From the NCBI GenBank assembly GCA_001600815.1, contig BCKZ01000007.1:978059-1042058 (forward strand): a stretch of 64,000 nt of DNA, written 5' to 3'. The notes under the pieces are model-generated. The model was not told the DNA's origin. It saw only the letters and a program-made list of their open reading frames with translations, and ran no database searches. Both the position numbers and the translations under genes were made by a program. Source of the DNA: Alloascoidea hylecoeti (lineage: Eukaryota). Each line of letters starts with the position of its first letter. Position 1 is the first letter of the stretch. Below are positions 47,451 to 59,377 of the stretch, one piece after another.

Positions 47451-49670
47451 ATGGCACAAGCGGCCCATATCGAGAATATAGATGTTCATGCTCATGTTCT
47501 AATATTAAGAATCCTAGCAATTGTTTCTTCTTCACTTTCAATAATTTCTGGGATTTTAGCTTTTTATTTTTGGTTCATCATAGATAATTCAAGAAGAGTT
47601 TTCAGACACCAACTTATTATCTTTCTTATCTTTTTTGACTTATTAAAAGCAATCTCTCTATTCATATACCCGATTAGAGCACTAACAATCACTTCTATTC
47701 ATTCAGCTCCCTTTTGTGATGCTATTGGTTTTTTAACGTCAACTTCTATTGAAGGTGCTGACCTCGCTATCTTGACTTTTGCAATTCATACAGCGTTACT
47801 TATATTTAAGCCTGAGTCGAGGGGAAACGCCCGAGAAGGGGGTTTATATCGGTTTAGATTCATTGTTTATATCGCTTCTTTCACAATCCCACTAATAATA
47901 GCCTCATTGGCATTTATAAATAATACCGGTTATATCTCTATTACAACTTGGTGTTATCTACCAACAAAGCCTATATGGTATAGATTGGTTTTATCTTGGG
48001 TTCCAAGGTACCTAATAGTTTTGATTATGGCTACAATTTACATTTCGATCTACATTCACATTTTAAAAGAATTTCATGTCCTCGGAAATAATGTCAATAA
48101 TTTACATTCATCACAGATTCAAATAACTGCAGCTCAAGAAAGGAAAGAAAAAACCCCAATACTAATCTCTATTTTGTCAAAATTGAGAGATAACATAATG
48201 TTTGTTGTAAGGAGGATTTCTGCTGTCTCAAAATGTAAAAATGGTACCGCTTGTATACAATCACAAACGTTCAATAATATTAATGAATCTGCTGGATCCT
48301 CGTCAATCACTCAGTTAACTGAAAATTCTCCTCAGATCTTACAACGAACTCTCACTACCACAGCTACTAATAGCTCTAATATTAACACTAACATTCATAA
48401 TAATCCCAGTACCAATGAGATCCCTGATAATGCATTGGCACTTAACAATTACCTTCACTCACGTTTACGAGAGAATATCCATCAACAAACAATCACTGAT
48501 TTTGACGAGAGAAGAAAAATGATTGAAAAACAAGTCAAATCTATATTTATTTATCCGCTTTCTTATGTCTTTTTATGGTTGGCTCCATTCATTTTACAAT
48601 GTTTACAATTTAATTATGAGGAAAAACATGGCCCAATATTTTGGCTATCATGTATTGTTGCATGGATGCAGCCATTTAACTGTACAATTGACACTTTGGT
48701 ATTTCTATTTAGAGAAACTCCTTGGAATTACACAAGTGATAAAATTGAAAATGGTTTAAGACCAAGATACAGAGTTAATAACCAGTTCACTCCTTCATTA
48801 GGAAATGAACCATTTGATTTAAATTTAACGGATCATGAGCAAACCATCAACAATGGCGATGATCAAGATAATGAAAATCCCTCGAGCGCACATGCGAGTG
48901 AAAGTAAATTTTTTAATTTTAAATGCATATCCAATTATACTTTATTTAAAAATAATGCTGCAGATAGAACACGTGCATCGAATAAACCGAATTTTGAACA
49001 TTTTAAATTCAAATATACTAATAATGGATATAGTAACGATAACCACCAATTACAGCAGAATACAATTGCAAGTACGGCTAACACTCCCTCAACACCAACG
49101 GCAAGTATTGGGGATGTTAATAATGATCCAGCATCACAAAATATCGAAATACAAAGGCGGCGAGAGTCTTCAGTAGCTATATCACCATTTACATCGCAAC
49201 ATTTTTCTAAGACGTTAAATATATCAGATAGCACTACAAAATTGCATCCTGGTAATTACTCAAGTGATTCTAATTATAACATTACACTCGCACCCCATAC
49301 AAGTACTAGTAACAATGCTAATCTCAGTGCTGCTGAAACCAATAATTCTAATACTACTCATGAAAGAACATTCTCTTCTAAATCGAATGTAGATTCAATC
49401 CTTACTAATATCCCTCAACCTTCTTTGATTATAAAAAATGAACGTCGACATCAGCATAAACTTCAATTTCATGCTGATCGTGCGCGTAGACTAACTGTCC
49501 CTGGAATATTACGATCAACTGCTAATAAAAACCATAGACAAAGGAGCTACAGTGGTGGTTTTACTGTTACATTGCCTAATATGACTGAAACAAATGAAAG
49601 TCAAGACCATGGTAACGATGAATTCGAAGAAGGTCAAATGGATTTGTTAGACTTTTTAAGCATGAGATGA
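47451..49670 (+). CDS. GPR1: Glucose/nutrient-sensing GPCR (Git3/Gpr1 family)
   Basis: RRVFRHQLI, IEGADLAI..AIHTALLIF, EGGLYRFR, WCYLP..PIWYRLVLSWVPRY, KSIFIYP and C-terminal MDLLDFL. Start placed at the ATG at 47451 rather than 47283. Confidence 0.88.
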   Translation: MAQAAHIENIDVHAHVLILRILAIVSSSLSIISGILAFYFWFIIDNSRRVFRHQLIIFLIFFDLLKAISLFIYPIRALTITSIHSAPFCDAIGFLTSTSIEGADLAILTFAIHTALLIFKPESRGNAREGGLYRFRFIVYIASFTIPLIIASLAFINNTGYISITTWCYLPTKPIWYRLVLSWVPRYLIVLIMATIYISIYIHILKEFHVLGNNVNNLHSSQIQITAAQERKEKTPILISILSKLRDNIMFVVRRISAVSKCKNGTACIQSQTFNNINESAGSSSITQLTENSPQILQRTLTTTATNSSNINTNIHNNPSTNEIPDNALALNNYLHSRLRENIHQQTITDFDERRKMIEKQVKSIFIYPLSYVFLWLAPFILQCLQFNYEEKHGPIFWLSCIVAWMQPFNCTIDTLVFLFRETPWNYTSDKIENGLRPRYRVNNQFTPSLGNEPFDLNLTDHEQTINNGDDQDNENPSSAHASESKFFNFKCISNYTLFKNNAADRTRASNKPNFEHFKFKYTNNGYSNDNHQLQQNTIASTANTPSTPTASIGDVNNDPASQNIEIQRRRESSVAISPFTSQHFSKTLNISDSTTKLHPGNYSSDSNYNITLAPHTSTSNNANLSAAETNNSNTTHERTFSSKSNVDSILTNIPQPSLIIKNERRHQHKLQFHADRARRLTVPGILRSTANKNHRQRSYSGGFTVTLPNMTETNESQDHGNDEFEEGQMDLLDFLSMR

Positions 49671-50658
49671 TAGTTATAGCATCATAAAAATATCATAAAA
49701 TTGCAATGGTATTTCGAAATTGTCCATATATTTATCATTTACTTATTTATGATTGATAATATCGATAATCATGATGCAACACATTCTCGCATTATAGTAC
49801 TAGCCAATCTTTTGCAATTGAGCTTGGAGCTTCCTGAACCATGATTAACCATTCATATCATTATATCAATAGCGATACATGGAATTTCTCGAACTAAATA
49901 CCGTTGATGTATACTCTTTATACTCACGGTGTATTAATATTATTTCATTGCACTATTATACACACACTTAGAGAATATGAGCCTGCTGACCAAATGATAT
50001 CAATAATGGGCTATCACCATCGACACCACCCTGATCATGAGTATATATTGATATGATCATTATAATTACTTGGATATTATTTATAATATTGGAATTAATA
50101 TATGACACTTTATAACATTATGTTTTTATGTTACAGATATAACATGCATATGAGCATATATTAATATTATGCGTGTGCAGTTCGAAATGTATGCACATTG
50201 CACACCTATAAACATTTAATCATTATGGAAATAATATCAAGCCAGTAGATATTGCGAGGAGTTCATTGGCTTTTGAAAACTTCAGCGCTAGCTGCAATGG
50301 TCATGAGTGTCATATTCGAAATCTCGGGCTTTCAAAAAATGCTGTTAACCGTTATGATTAATTGTAGTGGAACCTTTGATATTGTTTTACTAAGGCTTCT
50401 TTTGGAGGTTGATACCAGTAAACCCAGATAAGTCACCGCCTGCAGCGCTAGTAGATATTTGTTCGTGTTTTAGAGACTAGGAAACAGGATAGGTGAGAGA
50501 AATTTTGAGTAATTAGCCATTTGCATAAAACCCTGAGCTATAGAAATATAACCTTATAATATATGTGTACAGTAGGCAGAATTATTCGGTATACTTATAA
50601 CAAAATATACCTGTAACATAAGGGCCAAACGGGGGAAAAGAAGCAAAAAAAAAAGTGA

Positions 50659-51240
50659 GTGTTTAATACTGGCCACGGAGATCAACATATATGTGTTCAA
50701 CAAAGGCGTGCCAGGCCTTTTGGAGTAGCAAGGAGAGCAGAAGATGTCAGTGAAGTCTCTATCTTGCGGGTTGGACCAGATAATGTGTTGGGCCTCAAAC
50801 GGGGCGCAATCGACAAGGTGATGTTCATCAAGGACAAATTCAGTCCCTGGTTTCCGTTAAATGTGATGAAAACCAGTACTGCATGTTTTTAACTTTCTGT
50901 AAGCATACTGATCAGTGATCATGATCTTTAGAAATCTTTTTTTCGTTTTTAATGCTAGAAAGGTAATTAATTAGTGGTACAAAATTTTATATCATAAAAT
51001 TTATACATTTTACAACCAATAAGTAGGCTACTCTCACATATACCGGTATAATATTCTAGCTTTTTCTACATCACCAAGAAAATGTTCGCCCCAAAAGACT
51101 GTTCTTGTGGCCTTTTATAATCATTGAACATCAGCTTGTCGATTGTACCCTGTTTGAGGGTCAACACATAATCTGGTCCAACCCGCAAGACGTCTTGCAA
51201 AGTTTGTTGAAGATATGCTTCGTGGTCTGCATTGAGCACA
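50659..51240. repeat. Diverged inverted duplication of a GC-rich coding-like fragment
   Basis: 50762-50827 versus the reverse complement of 51125-51190 match at 59 of 66 nt. Weaker similarity between 50659-50705 and about 51200-51240. Confidence 0.85.
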
Positions 51241-51635
51241 AACTTTGGTCCTTCAAATTTAATATCTCTCCCACGTCTCTCAGATCTAGAGGTCCTGATT
51301 TTGCGGATAACGTCTTCATATATGTATAATTTAGGTGGACATGCCGATAAATCTAGACGCATTTATATACATCTTGTATGATCATATGATCATGACGATC
51401 TTTATTCTAGCCATTAAGCAACGTTAACAAAAATCACTCTGCAAAGAATCTGCAATGCATCGCGACATTTTCCTCCTCTTTGGCCTCTATCCAATAGTAT
51501 ATCCATATTCCAAAATCCATATAGTAGATTCCATACTATGATAAATCTGTAATTACAAGAATAATTATATAGCTATATATATAAGGTTGAAGGTCACTGC
51601 TTTATTATTATACAATATTAATACTTATAATTATC

Positions 51636-52679
51636 ATGACTACTACAAAGCAATATCTTCTTAACAGAAGTCATTATGGTGATATCGTTCTTGGTGACTC
51701 TCCGGATGCTACGTTTAAATATGTCGATACTGAATTGGGACCATTAAAAGATGGTGAGTTTCTTGTGAAATCCATATATATTTCGAATGATCCAGCACAA
51801 AGAAGTTGGATTACACCAGGAACAGCAAAGTATACTGCACCAGTTCATGAAGGAGAAGTGATGAGATCTCAGGGAATCGCCAAAGTTGTTGAGTCTAAAT
51901 CATCCAAATATTCTGTTGGTGACTATATTCTTGGTTTAGTTGGTTGGTCTCAGTTTACTGTTTTTGCCGATACTGATTTGGTACAAAAGGTTCCAGGTGA
52001 ATTACCTCTAACAGCATATCTTAGTGTTGTTGGTATGACGGGATTAACTGCTTACTTTGGCCTCATCAAAGTTGGCGGTGCTAAAAAGAATCAAGTTGTT
52101 CTCGTTTCTGGTTCTGCCGGTGCAACAGGTTCAGTCGTCGTTCAATTAGCTAAACATGTGGTGGGGGCAAGAAAAGTTATTGGAATTGCTGGAGGTTCAT
52201 CCAAAACAGAATACGTCAAATCATTAGGCGCCGATCATGTTGTTGATTATAAATCTCCTACATTTGCTGAAGATCTCCAAAATGCTTTAGGTGAGGATAA
52301 AATCGATATTTTCTATGATAATGTTGGTGGTCAAATTCTTGATACGGGTCTCGCTTTGATGGCTGTTGGAGGAAATGTTGTTGCTTGTGGATCAATATCA
52401 GGATATAATGATCCAAGTAAATCATACATGAAAAACTGGGTTTATATTATAACAAGTCGTCTACACATTCATGGTTTTATTGTTACTGACTTCTTAAAAG
52501 ACATTCCAATCGGCATGTCTGAACTTGTAACTTTTATCAAAGAAGGGAAACTTAAAATTGAAAATAGTTTTACTTTGGTTGATATAAGTGATGATTTTTC
52601 TAAAGTCCCTGAAGTTTGGACTGGGTTGTTTAGAGGTGTTAATATCGGAAAATTATTAACCCAAGTATCCAAAATTTGA
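51636..52679 (+). CDS. NADP-dependent MDR oxidoreductase (prostaglandin/alkenal reductase, YML131W-like)
   Basis: SNDPAQRSWI, GMTGLTAYFGL, VSGSAGATGSVV, YDNVGG, ACGSISGYN, LFRGVNIGKL. Confidence 0.9.
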   Translation: MTTTKQYLLNRSHYGDIVLGDSPDATFKYVDTELGPLKDGEFLVKSIYISNDPAQRSWITPGTAKYTAPVHEGEVMRSQGIAKVVESKSSKYSVGDYILGLVGWSQFTVFADTDLVQKVPGELPLTAYLSVVGMTGLTAYFGLIKVGGAKKNQVVLVSGSAGATGSVVVQLAKHVVGARKVIGIAGGSSKTEYVKSLGADHVVDYKSPTFAEDLQNALGEDKIDIFYDNVGGQILDTGLALMAVGGNVVACGSISGYNDPSKSYMKNWVYIITSRLHIHGFIVTDFLKDIPIGMSELVTFIKEGKLKIENSFTLVDISDDFSKVPEVWTGLFRGVNIGKLLTQVSKI

Positions 52680-52869
52680 GAAGTAATCACAATTGAAATT
52701 GCAACACATGTGTATAACTTATTATATAGCAGCTGGGTAAAACCAAAAGTGACTGAAAAACGCTTTTTTTGGATATCACCCCAATAATATAACCTGCTAT
52801 TGAGTACTCTACTAAGCCTCAAACTGTTCTTAAAATACTCCGTATATACATATAATCTTATAATGTTCC

Positions 52870-54100
52870 ATAAATTCTAGAGATATTAATGTTCCGGTAT
52901 TTATAAAAGAACATTTTAGGCTTAATATTTAGTGTTGGTGCATTTAACCTCATGAGTGACTGTAATCCACGAAGCTCCGATATTTTGAAAGAGACATAAG
53001 CATTAGGTCTTTCTTCACTTCTACATCATGTGGAAGGCTCATGATATCAGAGCTCCTTCCTTGTAAAATGCACTCTTTTGAAGAAATTCCAAATGTGCTC
53101 AAATGGATTTAAACCAAGTGAAAAAGGAGGCCACTCCCACATCTGTATCTCTTTCTCACGAAACCCCCTCATACTTATTCCAGTTTTTAGGATAGGTGTG
53201 TTATATAGCTTGAATATGGCACCCTCAGAAATCTCATCAAAAGTCTCTTCTAGAAGTTGTACGTAGGAACGTATATTGGCTTTTTTTCTGATATTATCAT
53301 AGGAAGTATTAGGGACCCAACCACTCTAGAAGGTTTACCATAGTACGATCTTCTTTCCAAATTTCAGTCCATAGTACTCCAGAGTCCATATCATAAATCT
53401 TACAGGCTCACAGATCCTTATATTATTATAAGTATTTTTTAGTTCAAAGGGCTTGTATGATTTGTCGAACATATACTTTCACAGATTTGGATTTTATAAT
53501 TAACATTCATTATTAAATACGGCACCATCCAAAATATCATGAGACAGATCCAATCTATGTTTAGATGATACCATTCTAGTCATTTAGTTCTTCTTACTCA
53601 GGTAAGGCCATTTTCATAGAAGTGTTCCTAGGTGGTCTCTGATATTCCAAAGTTGACTTTTGAAGCCTGATCCTCAAACATATTCAAGAAAGCTTTTGAA
53701 ATCCTCTGGCTTTGATTAATTTAGCGTCCAGAAAATGCTTTAGGCTCTTTTGTTTGAACAGGTGTTAGGTTAGAAAAGTTATTGGTATATTGATTTACGG
53801 TGAACCAACAGATGAAGATGCAGTCATTTTCTCTCATTACAAATTTCGCTAAGTTGGTTGCTTTTAGAATTAAGATTACCTGAGATCTAGTTAAAGAGAA
53901 TTGTAAAAGACATACTATGGTACATTTAGAAAGATGGGGTTTCTTCTGGAGGGGTCTGGAAAAAGGTGTTCCACTTAGATGTTTGGAGGCTGCAATATCA
54001 TTATGTGATGAAATATTTCAGTTTTTTCTTGATGTTGAATTTCGTCGTTCGTTTGAGTTAGAGTTTGGCTTTTACTTAGATATACATTTGAGTAACAATC
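52870..54100 (-). mobile_element. Decayed Tc1-family transposase pseudogene
   Basis: Minus-strand motifs in canonical order: PYLSKKN*MTRM, GAVFNNEC (FSDE), KFGKKIVLW, SYVQLLEE, IFKLYNTPI (FQQDNAP), WEWPPFSLGLNPFEHIWNFFKR (WPxxSPDLNPIE). Ends approximate, TIRs not found. Confidence 0.8.
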
Positions 54101-54794
54101 TGGTTATACTGGAGAATCAATGGAGATTATTAATTCGACACTTTATAATATTGTAATAGTCATTTTATGCGCAAATGTTTGGGCATCTATCTGAGAGAAC
54201 ACTTGGGTGATTATAAACTGAAATAATTCAATTATTGGAAGTGTAATCTTTAGTTGTTCCTAATACATTAATTGGAATGACTTCCCTCATTTACTGGCCA
54301 AATACTTGATCGCAGAGTTTATTACATAAATGAAGCCTTCTCCAAGTTTTAATACCTTTAATCATTCTTTTTTCCCCTAAAATATTTAAGAAACAAAGAC
54401 AATGAAAATTAAAAAGATTCGATTCTTGTTGATTGCGGAGATGCCTAAAGGGATAAAGTGTGATCCGGCTACAGGTTCATTTGAATATATAGCGGGACCT
54501 AATCGCCACCCGCCGAATACTCGCTGTACCCACTTCAAAGTGGAAAGACTGTATTATGGATTGAAATTAAAATTTTACATACTTTCCCAATAGAGATAAT
54601 TAATAGCCACATTTTTGTATAGAGGTATAGCATAGCTGCTTTGAGCATCTACATATACCTAGGATATCCAAAGAGTCAATAGTGTATAGTGCTAATCCTT
54701 TGGTATATGAATTTTAATATCCATAGACATATACTCTTGGTAATAATTGGTATACTTTGTTAATTACTATGTGCATATTATAGGTATATGTATA

Positions 54795-56508
54795 CAGTGA
54801 TGCACATTGAGTTCGGCATTCACACCCCTTCGTCAAATAAAATTAAGTTTGTAAGCCTCGTGTATATCTCCCCCACCCCTCAACCCCTGAGTATGGGAAT
54901 ATCAAAACGAAACTTACGACCTCTTCCTTCAAGAAGTAGGGATTCTAGAATAGACAAATGCTTTGAACAATTGGCTCGTCATCCGGAGACACCAATTGCA
55001 AAGCTCGCAAGAGAAAACGGGGTGCCTCGAACAACATTGCAAAGTAGAATAAACGGCGCTCGCTCTTCAGAAAAGGTTGTATGAAAAATTCCAGTTGCTT
55101 ACAAATTTAGAGGAGGATCAGCTTACTGATCATCTAACTTATTGTGCTAGAATGGGTATTGGGCTTGACGTGGATTCGTTCTACAAAATGGTGGATGAAG
55201 TTATCGACCGGCGATACTTAGACACCTCAGGAGGAAAACTGCCCAAACGAGAGGATAATTATAATGGACATTATATGCATAGAAACTGGGTTTATAAGGT
55301 TCTTAAAAGGTATCCACAGATCAAGTATGCAAAGTGCGCCACTTTAGACGCGTACAGGTTTTTATGTTGTAATCAAGATGATCTGATGTCCTGGTATGAG
55401 ACTCTTGGAGGCTTATTCAATGAAAATCACTATTCCCCATCTCAGATTCATAATGTTGATGAAAGTGGTTTCTATCCTGGTGAGACAGCTAACACTTGGA
55501 GAGTTTTCTTGCCACGAAATGAGAAAGAGCGTCCTCAATTGAATGGTATAAAAGATAAGTTGACTACAGCTATTGAGTGTATCACAGTGGATGGTACACA
55601 AATGCCTCCGACTATAATTTGTAGTGGTTCCACAATTCCATGTCTATCAAAGATGGATATTCCAACGAAGTCTATCAAAAACTGGAAATTTGTGAATACT
55701 TATTCAGGATATGTTAATAGCGAAACGTTTTTAACTTGACTTGCCACTACATTTGTGTCAACTCGCGACATCGGAATCTGTTAGTGCTTGATGGTCATGC
55801 ATCACACACATCTTATTTGTTAATTGAAACGTGAATTTCGCATTGATCTTCTACTTTTACCCAGTCATACCAGTAGTATTCTACAACTGCTCGATGTCTC
55901 TTGTTTCAAGAGTGTAAAGCAATCTTTCAAATCATACAACAGGAAGACACTTACAGAGCCGAGGGAAGTTATCGTGCAACAAAACCCAACCTTCTAAAAG
56001 CACTTATTCATGCAAGGGAAACAGTATTGACACACAAAAATATAATAAGTGGATTCGCCGCCACCGGTATATACCCCTTTAACTCATCTATTGTTGTTGA
56101 CGCTCTTTCAGTTCATGAGGAACCAATCGAATACAATTCATAATCTCTAGAACAAGGATTACATAGAGCCTTGTACTCTAATGATGATATGTATATTCAT
56201 TTAAAAAAAATGGTTGATATGGAGTGGGAGTGCTTCAAAATCCTGATTCACTACCTCAACTGGTTAGCTGGATACAAGCAGCAGGAGTTGTATTAAAAGA
56301 TGCTATACGGGAACCTTCTGGTTCTGATCCGCTTTCTTATAAAAAGAATTTATTGGCCAAGGGAAGAAAAGGAAAATTTATAATATTAAATAGATTGTAT
56401 ATTTACAATATTTAAGATTTAAAAAAAAATTGGTGATCGTGGCCTAATTTTTGGTTTGGTTTGCGTTGACGATGGGGGTGTGCATGCCGAACTCAATGTG
56501 CATCACTG
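54795..56508 (+). mobile_element. pogo/Fot1-family DNA transposon, 1714 bp, TIRs intact, transposase disrupted
   Basis: TIRs of about 42 bp (54795-54836 and 56466-56508) with the first 25 nt identical (CAGTGATGCACATTGAGTTCGGCAT) and TA on both sides. HTH ARENGVPRTTLQSR, LTNLEE, IHNVDESGF, LVLDGHASH, PSHTSSILQLLDV and SGFAATGIYPFN. Frameshift at about 55080 and stop at 55739. Confidence 0.93.
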
Positions 56509-59377
56509 TATATTTCTGTCAGATAATTGATTTGCTTGATTAGTTTTGTAAAAAAATCGATTAATTCAGGCTCTACACTGGTTTCGTTACAATAAAACTT
56601 TTCTACTAGCTAATACTATTCTCCTTTTTAATATTATATTCGACGGCCTTTCTAAATGGCCAAGGGAGATCTCACATATTAATAGCAAACTAATCAAGAC
56701 AAAACAAATACAATTCTAATATTAATATGTAAGAAAATTCTCACTAGGATATGAACTAAAATGAATATGGTTAAAAGTATAAGGCCTATATTCAAATTCA
56801 GTACGTTCTAAAATGAAGTAATTATAATGCCTCCTATAGCCTACTCATCATTATATTGTACAAGGTTACCTCTTCTCACTTTCAAATGATTTCAGTTAAA
56901 ACCCAAAGAAGATTATACCACAATGACGTGTATATCCATGCAAATCCTCTGGTACTGGTAGAGTGTAATCAGTCATTAAGATTTTGACTTTCACCAACAC
57001 CTAAGATACCCTAGATCATGGGTAACTATAGCGGAGTTAATGAAAGTTTCGTCTTACCCTTCTTTTATACTTCTAGATGAATGTTAATATCCAAGTACTA
57101 TGTGAAAATATAGAACGAAATAATTAGACGAGACCAAATGTAGCTTGGAACTTAACAATTTGCTCAATTTGCAATATAATTCGCTTATGAGATGTATGCA
57201 TATTACATTGTAAAATACATGTTCAGCAGTGACACTAATTAACTACTAAATAATTATTATAGGATATGGATATCTATCTCCGAATTCAGATGGAAAAATA
57301 ATTCACTGGTTAATAATAACATATAAGATATATTTAATACTAACACAATAGTCAAGTTTAAGTTGTGTGTTTGTATCCAAATATAGACGGAAATATTTTT
57401 AATACATCATCTATATCATTCTACGTTTTTATTCGAATTCTCTGCTTCCTAATTCTTAGGAAACAAGATTTTCTTGAACATATGTCTTATATGATATTCT
57501 TTCAACGACTTGGTTTTAGAAATAGGTGTGATCATGAAGAATTTAATGGAAAGGCGTAATTTATCCTACTCATAGGTAGGATACTAATAATAAAAAGTTA
57601 TCTCCCACAGCTGCAAGCTAATGTCGCTGGTCAATGGTCAATGGTCATCTATAAAACTATATAACTAATATCTTATAATTATCTATATCATTTTTCCGCG
57701 ATGGTTTATCTTGAGTTTATATATATAATATTAGCCCATATGCACGTGCTTTAATATAGGCCTATAATATAAATTATGATACACATCTGACCATACACGG
57801 CTGTAATTAAATGGAGATTGAAGGAACGCTTATATATGCATATGCATATGGCTAGAATATCTAAGTAACAACTAAACAATAGCTGGTCATCTATACCTAA
57901 TAAAAGCATTTAAACAGGCCTAAGAAGTAGGGAACCATTATAAAACTGGTCATGAGAAGGATGTTATGCATATTATAATGATTGACCGTCAATTAAGAAT
58001 ATATAATTCAGAATGATGTTAGTTAATATACAAACTAATATAATGAAGCTAACGATTATTATAACCATCTATAGTTACACATACTTTTTACAATCATGGT
58101 AACTAAAAATGGGACTCATGATATTTATTAGGTGTAGGCGGTCATCAGGATCGTTGGATGCGTGATATGACTGCCCTATAGAAATATCAGTATGTATAAC
58201 AAATTAACAATAACAGGCCTGGGGTTGACATGTTAATTAATCAATTATTCAGTATTTTATAAAGCAGGGAACTTGCATATTTTCTCTCTAAGGTCGCGTA
58301 ACACATAATTTCTCCAAACTACCCCACGACCCCACCATGCATGCGTACGCATAATTAGAAATTGTGTCTAAATTAAGCATAAATTTAAATAAACATTAAT
58401 ATCAATAATTAACTAATTCTGATATTTCCGAGATTCTTAAAACTTTTATATACTTTTCCTATAAGGTTTAAGCATATCAAATGATTATATTAATTATACT
58501 AAACCAATTTATATATTTAAAGTGTCCTATGACCTTACCAAATCTAGATCTACCTATAGAATACACTTCATATCGGAAGATTCTTCGACCGTATTATAAT
58601 CTAGAGAAAGAGATCTTATATGCATATTATAGCCAGAGCTAGTAATAACTTCTAATACACAAAATTGTTTCTAGATCTTAAATTTGCAATTGCTGATCTT
58701 CATAGTAGTTGCTCTACACCGGTATATAACTATGTTTGACTCTGACAACTTTAAGTATATTCCCAGGGGATTCATTCTAGTGATCTATTTACTAAGAAAT
58801 TACATTTATATCTAAATCTTATATGCATAGTAGTAATGATACAGTTACTGTTTATCATTAACTGCTTTGATCCGGATAAATTCAATTATTACACAATTAT
58901 GTAAAATTATAATTAATACTATGCGTATTTATATATACTTTATTAGGGAATTCATGCAATAGTACATATTTATAATCTATCTGAATATATAAAATATCAA
59001 TATCACTCTAAATTTTATTAGATTTTAAAACAAGGTCAGTTTTCTTACAATATTAATATTAATTGAGTAAACTAAGTTATAGATGATTCTATAAATATAA
59101 TATTAATCTCGCAATCATTTCTATATTATAATTCATGTGAATGTAATGCAACTTGCAAGAGATTTATATGGATAGAATTTTACATAATTATTAATGATAA
59201 AACAAGATAATATGTAATGCTGTTGTAAGAAAAGAATAATTATCACAATAGCTATAATGTAGTTAGTATATATATGAACTTATTTTCCTAATTTTATATT
59301 TTTCCTCTCGTTTAAGATTGCAGTAATATAACTACAATATATATTACGTTAACTGATAACAAAGAATTAACTTTTTG

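Noticed and set aside
50340..50520. Minus-strand NKYLLALQAVTYLGLLVS resembling a reverse-transcriptase motif
   Set aside because: One short motif with no YxDD or other RT context
55070..55115. Programmed frameshift or intron joining the pogo ORFs
   Set aside because: No clear slippery site, an intron would be about 32 nt and remove conserved residues, and other disabling lesions show simple decay
56900..57070. Minus-strand DETFIN resembling a transposase first-Asp motif
   Set aside because: Isolated six-residue match with no supporting motifs
58219..58335. Mig1-like GC boxes upstream of the MFS transporter
   Set aside because: Over 1 kb from the ATG and lacking a clear adjacent AT box, so plausible but unsupported
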